This document shows, one piece after another, positions 1 to 12,271 of a stretch of DNA of 49,860 nucleotides. Location: assembly GCF_001194135.2 (NCBI RefSeq), contig NC_068988.1, positions 88,947,783 to 88,997,642 on the forward strand. Reading direction: 5' to 3'. Source of the stretch: Octopus bimaculoides (lineage: Eukaryota). Every line of letters begins with the position of its first letter. Position 1 is the first letter of the stretch. Both the position numbers and the translations under genes were made by a program. The notes under the pieces were generated by a model. The model was given only the letters and a program-made list of their open reading frames with translations. It made no database searches and had not been told where the DNA came from.

Positions 1-2798
1 ATATATATATATATATATACATCCATACATACATACATACATACATACACACACACTTGTACATACAAAAACACAGAAACACACACACATATAAGAAAGC
101 AGTAGTTAATAAATGGCGCAGGTGAGATCCGGGCTAGAAATGTCTTATAGCCAGCGGATGCTCGGAAGTGGTATATATCTTTGGTACTCTTCATGCAAGG
201 ACAACTTGATTAAGTGAAAGTTTACCTTGTCGCATGGAGGTACATGTCAACACATAGCAAATTGAATCAGAATGCGTAGAGAGCACAGTATCTCACTACG
301 AGAAGAAAAACCCACAACCTTCCGTTTCAATAAACCACTATTGTCACTGAAGGCTGTTTCTTGTATTTACCACTGATTGCTTCCTACGCGTCAATCCTTG
401 GATCTTAAACACACAAACACACATACACACACACATATATATATACACATAAATGTATGTATACATATGCATACATGCCTGCGTCTGCGACTGAATGGGG
501 GTATGCCTGAGTGAATGCGGTCATAGCTAATCCGTAAAAGAATTCCCCTAAGATCGAATATATTACGTTCGCAATATTAGCCAGTTTTACGCCCTAGGCA
601 CAATTCGACTCAATGTCTGTTGGCAAAAGTTGGACTGATGGAAAATACGGTGATGACGGCCAGATGACGGCATTGCGTAACAATAATTCAGGAGTCTGTA
701 TTTGTAGTGTATAGTGTCACGTTTAATTGCCTTGGGAGATAAAATTGCGTGTGTGTGTATGTGTGTGTATATATATATATATATNNNNNNNNNNNNNNNN
801 NNNNNNNNNNNNNNNNNNNNNNNNNNNNNNNNNNNNNNNNNNNNNNNNNNNNNNNNNNNNNNNNNNNNNNNNNNNNNNNNNNNNNNNNNNNNNNNNNNNN
901 NNNNNNNNNNNNNNNNNNNNNNNNNNNNNNNNNNNNNNNNNNNNNNNNNNNNNNNNNNNNNNNNNNNNNNNNNNNNNNNNNNNNNNNNNNNNNNNNNNNN
1001 NNNNNNNNNNNNNNNNNNNNNNNNNNNNNNNNNNNNNNNNNNNNNNNNNNNNNNNNNNNNNNNNNNNNNNNNNNNNNNNNNNNNNNNNNNNNNNNNNNNN
1101 NNNNNNNNNNNNNNNNNNNNNNNNNNNNNNNNNNNNNNNNNNNNNNNNNNNNNNNNNNNNNNNNNNNNNNNNNNNNNNNNNNNNNNNNNNNNNNNNNNNN
1201 NNNNNNNNNNNNNNNNNNNNNNTATATATATATATACACAGACACCGTCACACACGCACTCACACATATATATATATATATATGCATGCATACATAGCTA
1301 CACTTATATAATGTCTAGGGACAATGAGAGTTTTGTGGCGCCATATCCTGTCCGCTTTTCTTATTGGTTACTTTGGAGGACACATCACATATACATTTCT
1401 AATAAAGATGGCAAATGCTCTAGTCATTCAAGGCAAAAGGTTTAGTATTTCATTAAAGCCCGTCGTTAATATCGTGCTATATTGAAATTGATCAATAATA
1501 TGAGAAGCGTATCAAACGGAATGTCATTCAGCGTTCTCAATATTCATTTTCGTATCTTTGAATGTATAATCACAAATTTCTCTGCGATTCTTTCAACAAG
1601 TTTGTATTCTGTTAAATATGAATGTGACACGTCATTCATGTGATAATCTGAAATTGTGTGCAAAAAAAGAGTTGGTGACCTTGTTTAGAACGTAACAGAA
1701 TTTAGATGTGTCGGAGCAGGATTCTTAACCAAATTCTGAGAAGCAGTCTCCAAGAGACCTAAAATATATATACCGCAAGTTTATGGCTTCGATTCCTAGA
1801 ACGTCATTGCGTTGTTTTCTTGAGTAAATCACTTTATTTCGATTTATTCCCGTCCATTCAACTGTAAATTGGTAACCCTGCGTCAGGCTAGCGTTACGTT
1901 CATGGAGTATGTACACCCGTCCGCCAAACGGTAGAGTGGCATCAGTTAAAGTGTGAAACAATGTAAGGAATATTAATCTTCTTTTCTATGTGGTAGAGTC
2001 AACGCTTAGAAGATTAACATAAAGATCGTTGCTGTATGGCACTGCAGTTTAATGCTAATAAGTCTCGTAGAAGTGTTATATATGTACGATCTAATTTCCT
2101 TTGTAGTGCCTAAGAGTCCATGCATTGCAGCTGTGCACGTTTGTTGCTGTTGTTCCAAAGAATCTAATCCCAAGCTCTCAGTTTAGATTCGTTTTGCAAA
2201 TAATATTCTTGTTTAAAAGAGATGGCCACAATGCGTGATTTAATGTCATTTTCACTGGCATTAACCCATTCCCCTGATATGCAATAATCGACTGCCTTTA
2301 CTAATCTGTGATAACTAATAGTCAGTAGGAAGATACCGGCTTGGTTACGAGGCGTGTACTTGATTTTCTACAATCTATAACCACATGACTAACCAAGCAA
2401 TACAGACATATACAGACATACACAAATATGTGTAAGTGCGTGTGTGTAACATGTACATATATATATATTTATATATATANNNNNNNNNNNNNNNNNNNNN
2501 NNNNNNNNNNNNNNNNNNNNNNNNNNNNNNNNNNNNNNNNNNNNNNNNNNNNNNNNNNNNNNNNNNNNNNNNNNNNNNNNNNNNNNNNNNNNNNNNNNNN
2601 NNNNNNNNNNNNNNNNNNNNNNNNNNNNNNNNNNNNNNNNNNNNNNNNNNNNNNNNNNNNNNNNNNNNNNNNNNNNNNNNNNNNNNNNNNNNNNNNNNNN
2701 NNNNNNNNNNNNNNNNNNNNATATATATATTCATATATGTTAGTATATACATACGTATATATACGCATGCATACACATACATACATATACATATATAC

Positions 2799-2840
<42 letters not shown>

Positions 2841-3395
2841 CCAAACGTTTATCGGAAGCAGTGAATTATCCCTGATATTGATGCGGTTCACTGCTAAGGA
2901 AGCTGTAAGATATACAGGTGGCTAAAGGTTCATTAAGTGCTATAGACTGCTCGATCGCTCAAATACATACACATCAGATGAAAGTTGAACGATGAAGTCA
3001 TCTCACATACACACACTCACACACACACACACAAACGTACATATATACATACATATACCCACATGTGCGTGCGCAAGCTTGAGGATCCGTATATATTTTC
3101 GTGACAGCGTAATACAACATCGAAAACGAGATGCTAACGCGAATAAGTAAACAGCATAAAACTCCCTGGGTAAAAGTGTAGTGAATCGGAAAATAATCTA
3201 AGTTTCCGTTTTTTCAGTCGATTCTCAACAATCTATATGCAATCCGTTTCTGTTTATAGAAGAGTAAAACATGCACCGCAGACGCTCGCTTGTATAAACA
3301 TACATCCGATACGCACTTAATCACAGACGCACACGACGCGCACACAAGATATATGAATATATATGTATACACTCAACTACATACATACATACACC

Positions 3396-3453
<58 letters not shown>

Positions 3454-3902
3454 NNNNNNNNNNNNNNNNNNNNNNNNNNNNNNNNNNNNNNNNNNNNNNN
3501 NNNNNNNNNNNNNNNNNNNNNNNNNNNNNNNNNNNNNNNNNNNNNNNNNNNNNNNNNNNNNNNNNNNNNNNNNNNNNNNNNNNNNNNNNNNNNNNNNNNN
3601 NNNNNNNNNNNNNNNNNNNNNNNNNNNNNNNNNNNNNNNNNNNNNNNNNNNNNNNNNNNNNNNNNNNNNNNNNNNNNNNNNNNNNNNNNNNNNNNNNNNN
3701 NNNNNNNNNNNNNNNNNNNNNNNNNNNNNNNNNNNNNNNNNNNNNNNNNNNNNNNNNNNNNNNNNNNNNNNNNNNNNNNNNNNNNNNNNNNNNNNNNNNN
3801 NNNNNNNNNNNNNNNNNNNNNNNNNNNNNNNNNNNNNNNNNNNNNNNNNNNNNNNNNNNNNNNNNNNNNNNNNNNNNNNNNNNNNNNNNNNNNNNNNNNN
3901 NN

Positions 3903-4905
3903 ATCAGGTCATCACATAAGTTCTGTCTGAATTTCGGATTAAGAAAACAAGTGATCAAATGTTATGTTTCATTGAAATTTATTCATCAATGTACTCTCAC
4001 TGATTATCTATCACTTCCTTCCATCTATTTACAAGCTTTTTAATCTCATCAGTGTAAAACTCTTTTGGTTTCAAAGCGATGAACTCTGAAATGTCAGTTC
4101 CGACCTCCTCCTGGCTTTCGAAAGTTATGTCCCACAAATGATTCTGTAAACTACAAAAGAAATGATTGTCTGAAGGAGCAAGGTCGGGAGAATAAGGTCG
4201 ATGAGGATTCTTTTCCCAACCAAGCTCTTCGATATTCTGTGATGTGATCTTTGCAGGTCGCGCATTGTCATAATGAAACACAACTCCTTTTCAATTCACT
4301 ACAGCCGGTCTTTTCTTCTATAAAGCTTCGTTCAAACGCTCTAATTGCTGACAGTAGACTTGAGCCTTTATTGTTGCATTAGGTGGTAACAATTCAAAGT
4401 GAATTACTCCTTTGCAATCCCGCCAGATAGAGAGAAGAAGCTTTTTTCCATGAAGTTCCCTTCTTGGTTGTGGTTGAGCTTTTTTCTTTTTTACGAAGCC
4501 ACTGTTTACGAGGTTTAATTTTTCGATAGAAGATCCATTTTTCGTCACCAGTCACAATTCTATCCAAAAAGGGTGAAATAAGTTCGCGAGAATGGATAGA
4601 AGTGCAGATGTCAATTCGGGATTTGTGTTTGCTTTCGGATAATTCATGAGGCAACTATTTACCAAGTTTAGGAAGTCTTTCCAAGTTGTTGAATATGACA
4701 ATGAACAGTTGTATGGTTTGAACTAAGCTTTATTGCCAATTCTTCAACTGATAATGCAGGATTTTCTTCAAGTAATGCCTCAAGGAGCTTATCATCAAAC
4801 TCAACTGGACGTCCTGTTCGATCTTCATCTTCAAGGCTGAAATCTCCATTTCTGGATTTTGCAAACCATCTTCTGCAAGTTCTTTCATTCAAGCATTCTT
4901 TCCCA
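3903..4905 (-). mobile_element. Decayed mariner-family (DD34D) transposon; 5' part lost in the N gap
   Basis: Frameshifted ORFs 3997-4905 give the HTH region (RRWFAKSRNGDFSLEDEDRTGRP), (W)LPHEL, RIVTGDEKWIFY, HYDNARP and HRPYSPDLAPSDNHFF. Probable TIR atcaggtcatcacataagttc at 3903. Confidence 0.95.
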
Positions 4906-5495
4906 NNNNNNNNNNNNNNNNNNNNNNNNNNNNNNNNNNNNNNNNNNNNNNNNNNNNNNNNNNNNNNNNNNNNNNNNNNNNNNNNNNNNNNNNNNNNNNN
5001 NNNNNNNNNNNNNNNNNNNNNNNNNNNNNNNNNNNNNNNNNNNNNNNNNNNNNNNNNNNNNNNNNNNNNNNNNNNNNNNNNNNNNNNNNNNNNNNNNNNN
5101 NNNNNNNNNNNNNNNNNNNNNNNNNNNNNNNNNNNNNNNNNNNNNNNNNNNNNNNNNNNNNNNNNNNNNNNNNNNNNNNNNNNNNNNNNNNNNNNNNNNN
5201 NNNNNNNNNNNNNNNNNNNNNNNNNNNNNNNNNNNNNNNNNNNNNNNNNNNNNNNNNNNNNNNNNNNNNNNNNNNNNNNNNNNNNNNNNNNNNNNNNNNN
5301 NNNNNNNNNNNNNNNNNNNNNNNNNNNNNNNNNNNNNNNNNNNNNNNNNNNNNNNNNNNNNNNNNNNNNNNNNNNNNNNNNNNNNNNNNNNNNNNNNNNN
5401 NNNNNNNNNNNNNNNNNNNNNNNNNNNNNNNNNNNNNNNNNNNNNNNNNNNNNNNNNNNNNNNNNNNNNNNNNNNNNNNNNNNNNNNNNNNNNNN

Positions 5496-5551
<56 letters not shown>

Positions 5552-6138
5552 GCTAAAACATGGGTTCACACTGCTAATACCTGATTTGTTTTCTCTTTGA
5601 CATTCCCCAAAAATCCTTTTTTAATGTTTGATAAGATGGATACATCGAAAGCGGTTATATTTTAAATCACTCACTGTAACAAATATATTCAACATTCTCT
5701 AAAATATATCTCTGTGCCTTTTCCAATTTAATTTCAGTTTTAGCCATAATTTTTTATAGGTATGGACACTTAACCCCTTTTCAATTATTTATATGTAGAC
5801 GCATACATACACACACAGGCACAGACACACATGCACACAGACACACAGAGGCATAGACACACACATGGAGCCTTCTAATCTGAGCTAATACCCGTTTATA
5901 CAATACGGAGCGCATTATTATTTTGTCTTTTGAGCTTCTTTTGTATTTAATGTTTTGTTTCTAAATGCATTGTGATTTGTGATGGGTAAATCGCTTTAAC
6001 TTTATGGTGATATTATATTATTGGCTTCTGTTTGACTGGAAAAACAATATAAAAATCGTTCTGCAATAAAACTTAATGGTTTGGTAGATTCGTTAATCGT
6101 CTGACAAGCTTATTGCCTTATCTGTTTCGCCTGTTTAG

Positions 6139-6212
6139 AATTACATTCCTGCTGCAATCTTATGGAAATACCATCATTCATCGCTGGATAAAATATAACT
6201 TTGAAGTGCTTG
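6139..6212 (+). CDS. Candidate internal exon (ITFLLQSYGNTIIHRWIKYNFEVL), product unknown
   Basis: Acceptor tctgtttcgcctgtttag| and donor TTG|gtacga, with an open frame between. No recognisable homology. Confidence 0.2.
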
Positions 6213-7908
6213 GTACGATTTCATTGATATACCACTCTATACGTGTGACCATATTAGTATGATTATTTCATGTGTTAATAATGTTTATAATTATTGCTTT
6301 AGGGTTTTAGAGAATATTTACTTTCTAGTTATATTTTGAGGTGAACTCTTCCTGAGTCTAACTCTGCAATATAAATATAATTAACTGCGATTTATGTACG
6401 GTACCTGGCTATGAAAGGTGCAGGTTACTGTTTAATTATGGAGTATAGCAGTGCTCTGTAAACATTCAGAGACGTACATGTACAGCATCCAAAAAGATGT
6501 GAAATATAATTGCATGTTGTCATCATGTTAAATAGTAACATATCTATTTAGAACAAAATTGCATTTTCGAAGCGCTTCATACTGGATTTTAAAATGAAAT
6601 CAGAGAAATTGTTTATGCTATACCCGCTGTCTGAGAAGTTCTTTACTATCTATTCTCATGTACATATTTTTGTACATATTTATAAATACTTGAGTCATAC
6701 TTTTATATAGCACGCTTAGACAACTGAGATTATTTGATTTCTTCGTGTCACCGTCGTATTCAATGACATCAATGTTTTGGAGCATCATGGGAGTCGGTAT
6801 TTAGAGGATTATCAGTTAGTATCAGTTGTTTGAATATTCAGTTTTTTCATTAACTCAAATTCTACTCGTGAAGTCATCGAATATTTTTAGAGACACCTCT
6901 GCCCTCCATGCAGTTCTCGTGCCGAATTACTTGTGGACGAGTGTGACAAGTCTATACATAAGAAACTACAGGTACAGTCTAGGGAGAAAGGAATTGTGGG
7001 GCTAGAAGCACTAAAGTGGTACTTCATGTATCGACTAAAAAATGATGAAAGTGTAGTGACCTTTGCGAGATGTAACTCACTGTGATGAGAAGCCAGTATG
7101 AATAAGGCAATATAGACATCTCTCGCTCGAAGGATTCTATAAATCCTTCATCCCGATTAATGAATATTATTATTGGTATTGTTAATCCTTATAACAAACG
7201 AGTTATTCTATATTTTCTGTAAATGACGTGTTCCTTATCTTCAGCTTAGGATTAAAACATCCAGCCTACGCGACTCTACAATCATTTTAATTGTTTAAGT
7301 TAGTGTGTTACTTTCAATACGTTATTCAATGTATCCTTCCTTTTTTAAGATGGTAGTGTGAGCTTTAAAAGAGATTTTAATGCCATGTCTAACCGGTTTA
7401 ATAAACATCGTAAGGTGCTCAGATTGAAGCTCTCAGAATCAAGAACACGTTCGTAGATACGTTGGTTTTGGCGTTGATGTTGTAAAGATGCGAAACTATC
7501 AATCATTCAACAAATTATTCAGGCATATTAACAACTTTGCTTAAAATTTCAGCGAAAAAAGCGCGAACACCTCTACCGACGAGAATAGCAACACCAGTAC
7601 GATGGTAGCTGGAACACCTCTGATATGAGTTCTACTCAATCAAAAATGCCATGGGGTTATACAGAAATTAACAATGAATAAATACATAAAAGAATGAATA
7701 AATGAGTAAATAAATAAATAAATATATAAATGAATGCATTCATCACAACAATAGTGGCAACAATAATAATGGCTGCAAAAATAACAAATTATCGAAATTG
7801 AAAAATAGACGCAGGAATGCTGACAAAAGCAGAAGCAAACAGCAAATTTATACAAATATATTTGTAGCTATCTTATGCCATATTTAACTTATTTCACTCT
7901 CATCATGT

Positions 7909-8062
7909 CTTCCCGTCATGCCTCACCAACACAAAGCATTATATTTTCCCCCTTCCGGCGATGCCTGAAGTAGTTTCCCGACATGCATCAGTAATCACAA
8001 CTGTTTATTCGATTTCTGTCGGTTTCCGAGGATTAATGTTATTTTTCCCGTCATGCCTTCTT
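7909..8062 (+). promoter_or_regulatory. Cluster of three ZNF143/Staf-type binding motifs (candidate promoter)
   Basis: cttcccgtcatgcctcacc (7909), tttcccgacatgcatcagt (7974) and tttcccgtcatgccttctt (8044) match YYWCCCRNMATSCMYYRCR at 18/19, 17/19 and 16/19. The region looks locally CpG-enriched by eye. Confidence 0.5.
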
Positions 8063-8188
8063 ATTTTAAATAACTCAGTGTTCTTCAGCTTTCGGCAACG
8101 AATTGGGATTTTAGTGTTTTGTCAGCCATAACACGATTTAAGAAACACAGTGCTTACTTAGAACTACCTCTATCTAGACCATAATAAG

Positions 8189-8256
8189 ATGGTGGATTAT
8201 ACGATAACGACGAGAGAAATGTTGCTGGAATTGGTGTATTTGGACTTGATTATATT
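8189..8256 (+). CDS. Candidate exon ending in a consensus donor (reads MVDYTITTREMLLELVYLDLII or DGGLYDNDERNVAGIGVFGLDYI)
   Basis: Donor ATT|gtaagt at 8257, about 200 bp downstream of the Staf-motif cluster. Two frames are open. Confidence 0.25.
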
Positions 8257-8637
8257 GTAAGTACAGGTGGCGGTTTAGGTAGCCATATATTACTTGATTT
8301 TTACTACCAATGCCTGTGACATAGTAGTTTCGCTGTTTAATTCACAATCCTGAAGTTGATGGTTCGATTCTCTAACTGGAAAGTACATTCTATTTTTAAG
8401 TAAGCCATTTTATTTCACGTTGCTAAATAAAATAAAAAAATAAGTGCCAGAGAATGATGTTGCAAAATTGAACCGACGTGGGACTAGTGTTTACTTTAGT
8501 GAATAAACCTTTTCTTCTAACTTTCGAAAACTGGGATAAGTTGTAAATGAATTGGTCTGTAACTTCGATAAAGACTTGTACTTTTTAGATACAACCCCCA
8601 CAATATTTGTGTAAATAAGCATATGCATACATGCTCG

Positions 8638-8678
<41 letters not shown>

Positions 8679-9084
8679 GTATATATGTTTAGGCATAATT
8701 AATGATTAAATCATTATAAAGATTTTATCAAGTAGCCAGCATGCAAAAAAACCCCATCTAGGTAACAATTAATAGTAATATATACTTATAAAGATATAAT
8801 TATAATACAGGATGCTCATAGACAACACCAACATGGTAAAGATAGACGCCGAATTGTGCTAAAAGCACATCGGAAAGCAAATCTGGTTGTAGCGCCATTT
8901 GGCGTCTATCGCTAGCGTTTTGGTAATTATTTATCAGCACCCTTCATTATAATTATATCTTTGTAATTATATTTTAACATATTAAATACACACACACACT
9001 GACACTCACACACGGATGCCCTCCCGCACACACACACACATACACACACACGCGCGCACACAAACACACACACGCACACACATG

Positions 9085-9136
<52 letters not shown>

Positions 9137-9367
9137 AGAAGGTTTGAAAATGCACCTACTTCAAAGACACTTATCTACTCAACCGGTTTCACCTTCCCNN
9201 NNNNNNNNNNNNNNNNNNNNNNNNNNNNNNNNNNNNNNNNNNNNNNNNNNNNNNNNNNNNNNNNNNNNNNNNNNNNNNNNNNNNNNNNNNNNNNNNNNNN
9301 NNNNNNNNNNNNNNNNNNNNNNNNNNNNNNNNNNNNNNNNNNNNGCTGGCAGGACGATATATATGTA

Positions 9368-9399
<32 letters not shown>

Positions 9400-9989
9400 C
9401 ATGTAGGTGTGTGTGTGTGTGTATGTATATATATATTCAGGATTATCAGTGTCACGCAGTTTTTAGGCGTACACCTTTTATATATGAGACGTATTTTCTT
9501 CGCCCTCAGCCCTTTTCTCCCTATCCGCATCAACAAAATCTCTACGATTCCCCAACCACGATCACAACAAGCAGACACAAAATATTAACCGAAATCCGTT
9601 CACATTCCCAGCCACAAAATGATCGTCGTCGTCGTCGTCGTCGTCGTCCTCCTCCTCCTCCTCCTCCTCCTCTACATCATCATCATCATCATCATCATTG
9701 CCGCCATGATCAGCATCATAAGGCAGGTTTTTCTGGATTCTGTGTCGTGTATATTATCACCACTTTGTACGGGATGCTGATCCGTCCGCAGGTTTATGCT
9801 TTCACTTTTCCATCAGAAAATACTGCAGTAATATAAAACTAAGTGTCTTTTTTTTTTTGCCGAAGCACAAAGTGCGTCTCCCTGTCGTCTAGGAATCGCA
9901 ACTACAACCTTTCGATCACGTCTGCAATACTCTAAGCACTAAAACATGCCTCTACACCCACATATATATACGTCTTTCTGTTTGCATTT

Positions 9990-10155
9990 CTCTCCAGCCA
10001 CTGCTTGTAATCCGGGTTCTTAGCGTTTCAGAAACAAGTGACTGAGAGCGTAAGTTCGAGGCTTTTTAAAACAAGTGTATTTGGGTCGATTTGTTCGACT
10101 AAATCTTTCAAGGCGGTGTTCCAGCATGGCCGTTGTCCAATAAATGAAACAAGTA
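9990..10155 (+). mobile_element. SINE 3' fragment
   Basis: gggtcgatttgttcgactaaa...ggcggtgttccagcatggcc...tgaaacaagtaa. It shares a gggtcgat motif with the other SINE copies but has a different tail. Confidence 0.6.
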
Positions 10156-10271
10156 ATAGGTAAAAGTATATATTCTACATAAAGGAATACGCGAACGCAG
10201 GAGGGCTGCGAGGACAGCTCAGAAAAGCGGGAAATTAAACTTTAGAAGACAGAACAAAATAGGGAAAAGCA

Positions 10272-10336
10272 CTGGGAATCAAACCATGCACCGTTACAAT
10301 TCCAGCTGAGTGCTCTGATCCATTAAGCTAAGAAAT
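10272..10336 (-). pseudogene. tRNA-like relic or SINE head
   Basis: The minus strand has A-box-like TAGCTTAATGG and B-box-like GGTTTGATTCCC at tRNA-like spacing. There is no convincing anticodon arm. Confidence 0.3.
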
Positions 10337-10529
10337 CCCTAACAGTAGGCTCTATATTTTTATAATACTAAATGATAACTTGAAACAAACCTATAAGTAC
10401 CTTGTGTGTCGGTATTGTACATAAATAAAGGGATTCAGGAACGCAGGAAGCCTGTCAAGACATTGGGAAAAAACAAGTAAATAGCCGTTAGAATAGGGTA
10501 TTCTGCTTCTAAAGTGACCACTTTAGAAG

Positions 10530-10596
<67 letters not shown>

Positions 10597-11234
10597 NNNN
10601 NNNNNNCACACACACACACACACACGTTAGTGCATATGTTTTTATTACCATGTGCATTAACTACAGCATCAGATCTTTTTAGTACATACGTGTAGCATAG
10701 TTTTCGCATTTAATACGCTTATATAACATTTCACGTTGCGTAGAATTGTTTATTATATATTTATTGTGTATGGAAATATGTGGCTATCACCATTTGAAAG
10801 TCTCTTGATATATTTCATTTAATTTTGATGAGATAGAAAAGAGTTGGATGAAGTTGCACGAACCATTTGATGTTAAGTAAAACACACATATGTTTAGAGC
10901 GCGGGGAGTAGGTAAGTAGAGATTTTCGCTTTGAATTCCATAGCTAACGACATGTTATTAGTTAAGTCGGTTTATGAAATATATTGTTCTAAGAGGAAAA
11001 GCTGAGAATACCACCTAGAAGGTTATTTAGGAACTTATTGCAAGCTATGATGGGTTGGCATGATCATACGTTTATACAAGCAGGTTATTCATTGGATATT
11101 CTGAATAATCTATAGTCGTTGTTCAAAAATGTGTAACAACAAGAATATAAACTCAATGTAAGTTAGTCTCTGTAGATACAAAAAGAATCGCCTAAAGTGT
11201 GTCCATCGGTAGTTTTTTTTCTTTTTGTCTGCAG

Positions 11235-11272
11235 ACGTCTCGTCGTCTCTATTAAAGCCGAAGTATATTATG
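11235..11272 (+). CDS. Candidate 38-nt exon (RLVVSIKAEVYY)
   Basis: Very strong acceptor tttttttctttttgtctgcag| and donor ATG|gtaaat. Phase-compatible with the 8189-8256 MVDY frame. Confidence 0.2.
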
Positions 11273-12054
11273 GTAAATCTGTAGTAATCTGGCATGCATG
11301 ATGCTTCAACGTCGCAAATATCAACACAATTCCCAAGTAGTGGGAGGTTTTTATGAGACGACAGACTATGATTGAAAACCGCCAAAACAGCATCTTCTCT
11401 ACTCTTCCAATTTCATTTTTTCCTCTTAAAAAGATATCTTTCGTCTGCTTGCACTATATGTCGTAACCATGTACGACTGTCTGTCTGCTAATATTGTTGA
11501 TGGGCATGCAGCATGTCACTGGCGTTTCATATATAAAGTCCAGGATTATGTGAAAAACTGTGAAGACCGTCAGTTTACTTTTTTTCCATGAAAGTATTAA
11601 AAATCATTTCGAAGAGAAATGAATAGTAGATTCGTATTAATTCCATTATGCAGAAGATAGAATCGAAAAAAGAATTTGTAAAACTTCGTAAAAATATGAA
11701 AGCTATGAGGGGTTTTAGCACGTGTTTACATCATAACTTCGCCCAAAACTCTTATCTAAATGCTGATTCTTTTGACACCAATCATTTGTGATTTTCCAAA
11801 AAGATTAGAACGACAATGCTAAAACATATTTGAAACAATGACAACAGTCGAAGTATCATAATGGATGGGTAAATAAGCATTCTTAAAGTGAAAAGTGAAA
11901 CAACGCATTGGTAGGTAAACAGAGGTATCAACAAATAGAAGAGAGGGAAGGGAACATCACCTTTCAAGACACTGAGAATAGGTAAAGGTAAGTTTGCCAA
12001 ATTTTAATGCAGTTTAAATATGGAGATTAAAATTGTTTGTTATTGGATATTCTT

Positions 12055-12271
12055 ATTTGTCTACTGCCCACATAAGGGGACAACAAGGACAGACAAAAGG
12101 ATTAAATCGATTATATCGACCCCAGTGCGTAACTGGTACTTATTCAATCGACGCCGAAAGGGTGAAAGGCAAAGTCGACCTCGGCGGAATTTGAACTCAG
12201 AAAGCAGCCGCAGACGAAATACCGCTAAGCATTCTGCCCGGCATGCTAATGTTTCTGCCAGCTCACCGACT
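12055..12271 (-). mobile_element. tRNA-derived SINE, near full length
   Basis: The minus strand has A box (GCTGGCAGAAAC..TAGC), B box (GAGTTCAAATTC) and central GAGGTCGACTTTGCCTTTCACCC...AAGTACCAG. From memory the central part resembles the Meta/Sauria-type SINE domain; this needs an alignment. Confidence 0.85.

Noticed and set aside
226-295. Minus-strand segment with an excellent acceptor and donor
   Set aside because: Stops in all three frames; at best a non-coding exon, with no support.
8315-8380. B-box GGTTCGATTC suggesting a tRNA or Pol III gene downstream of the Staf sites
   Set aside because: No cloverleaf or clear A box; likely a decayed SINE head.
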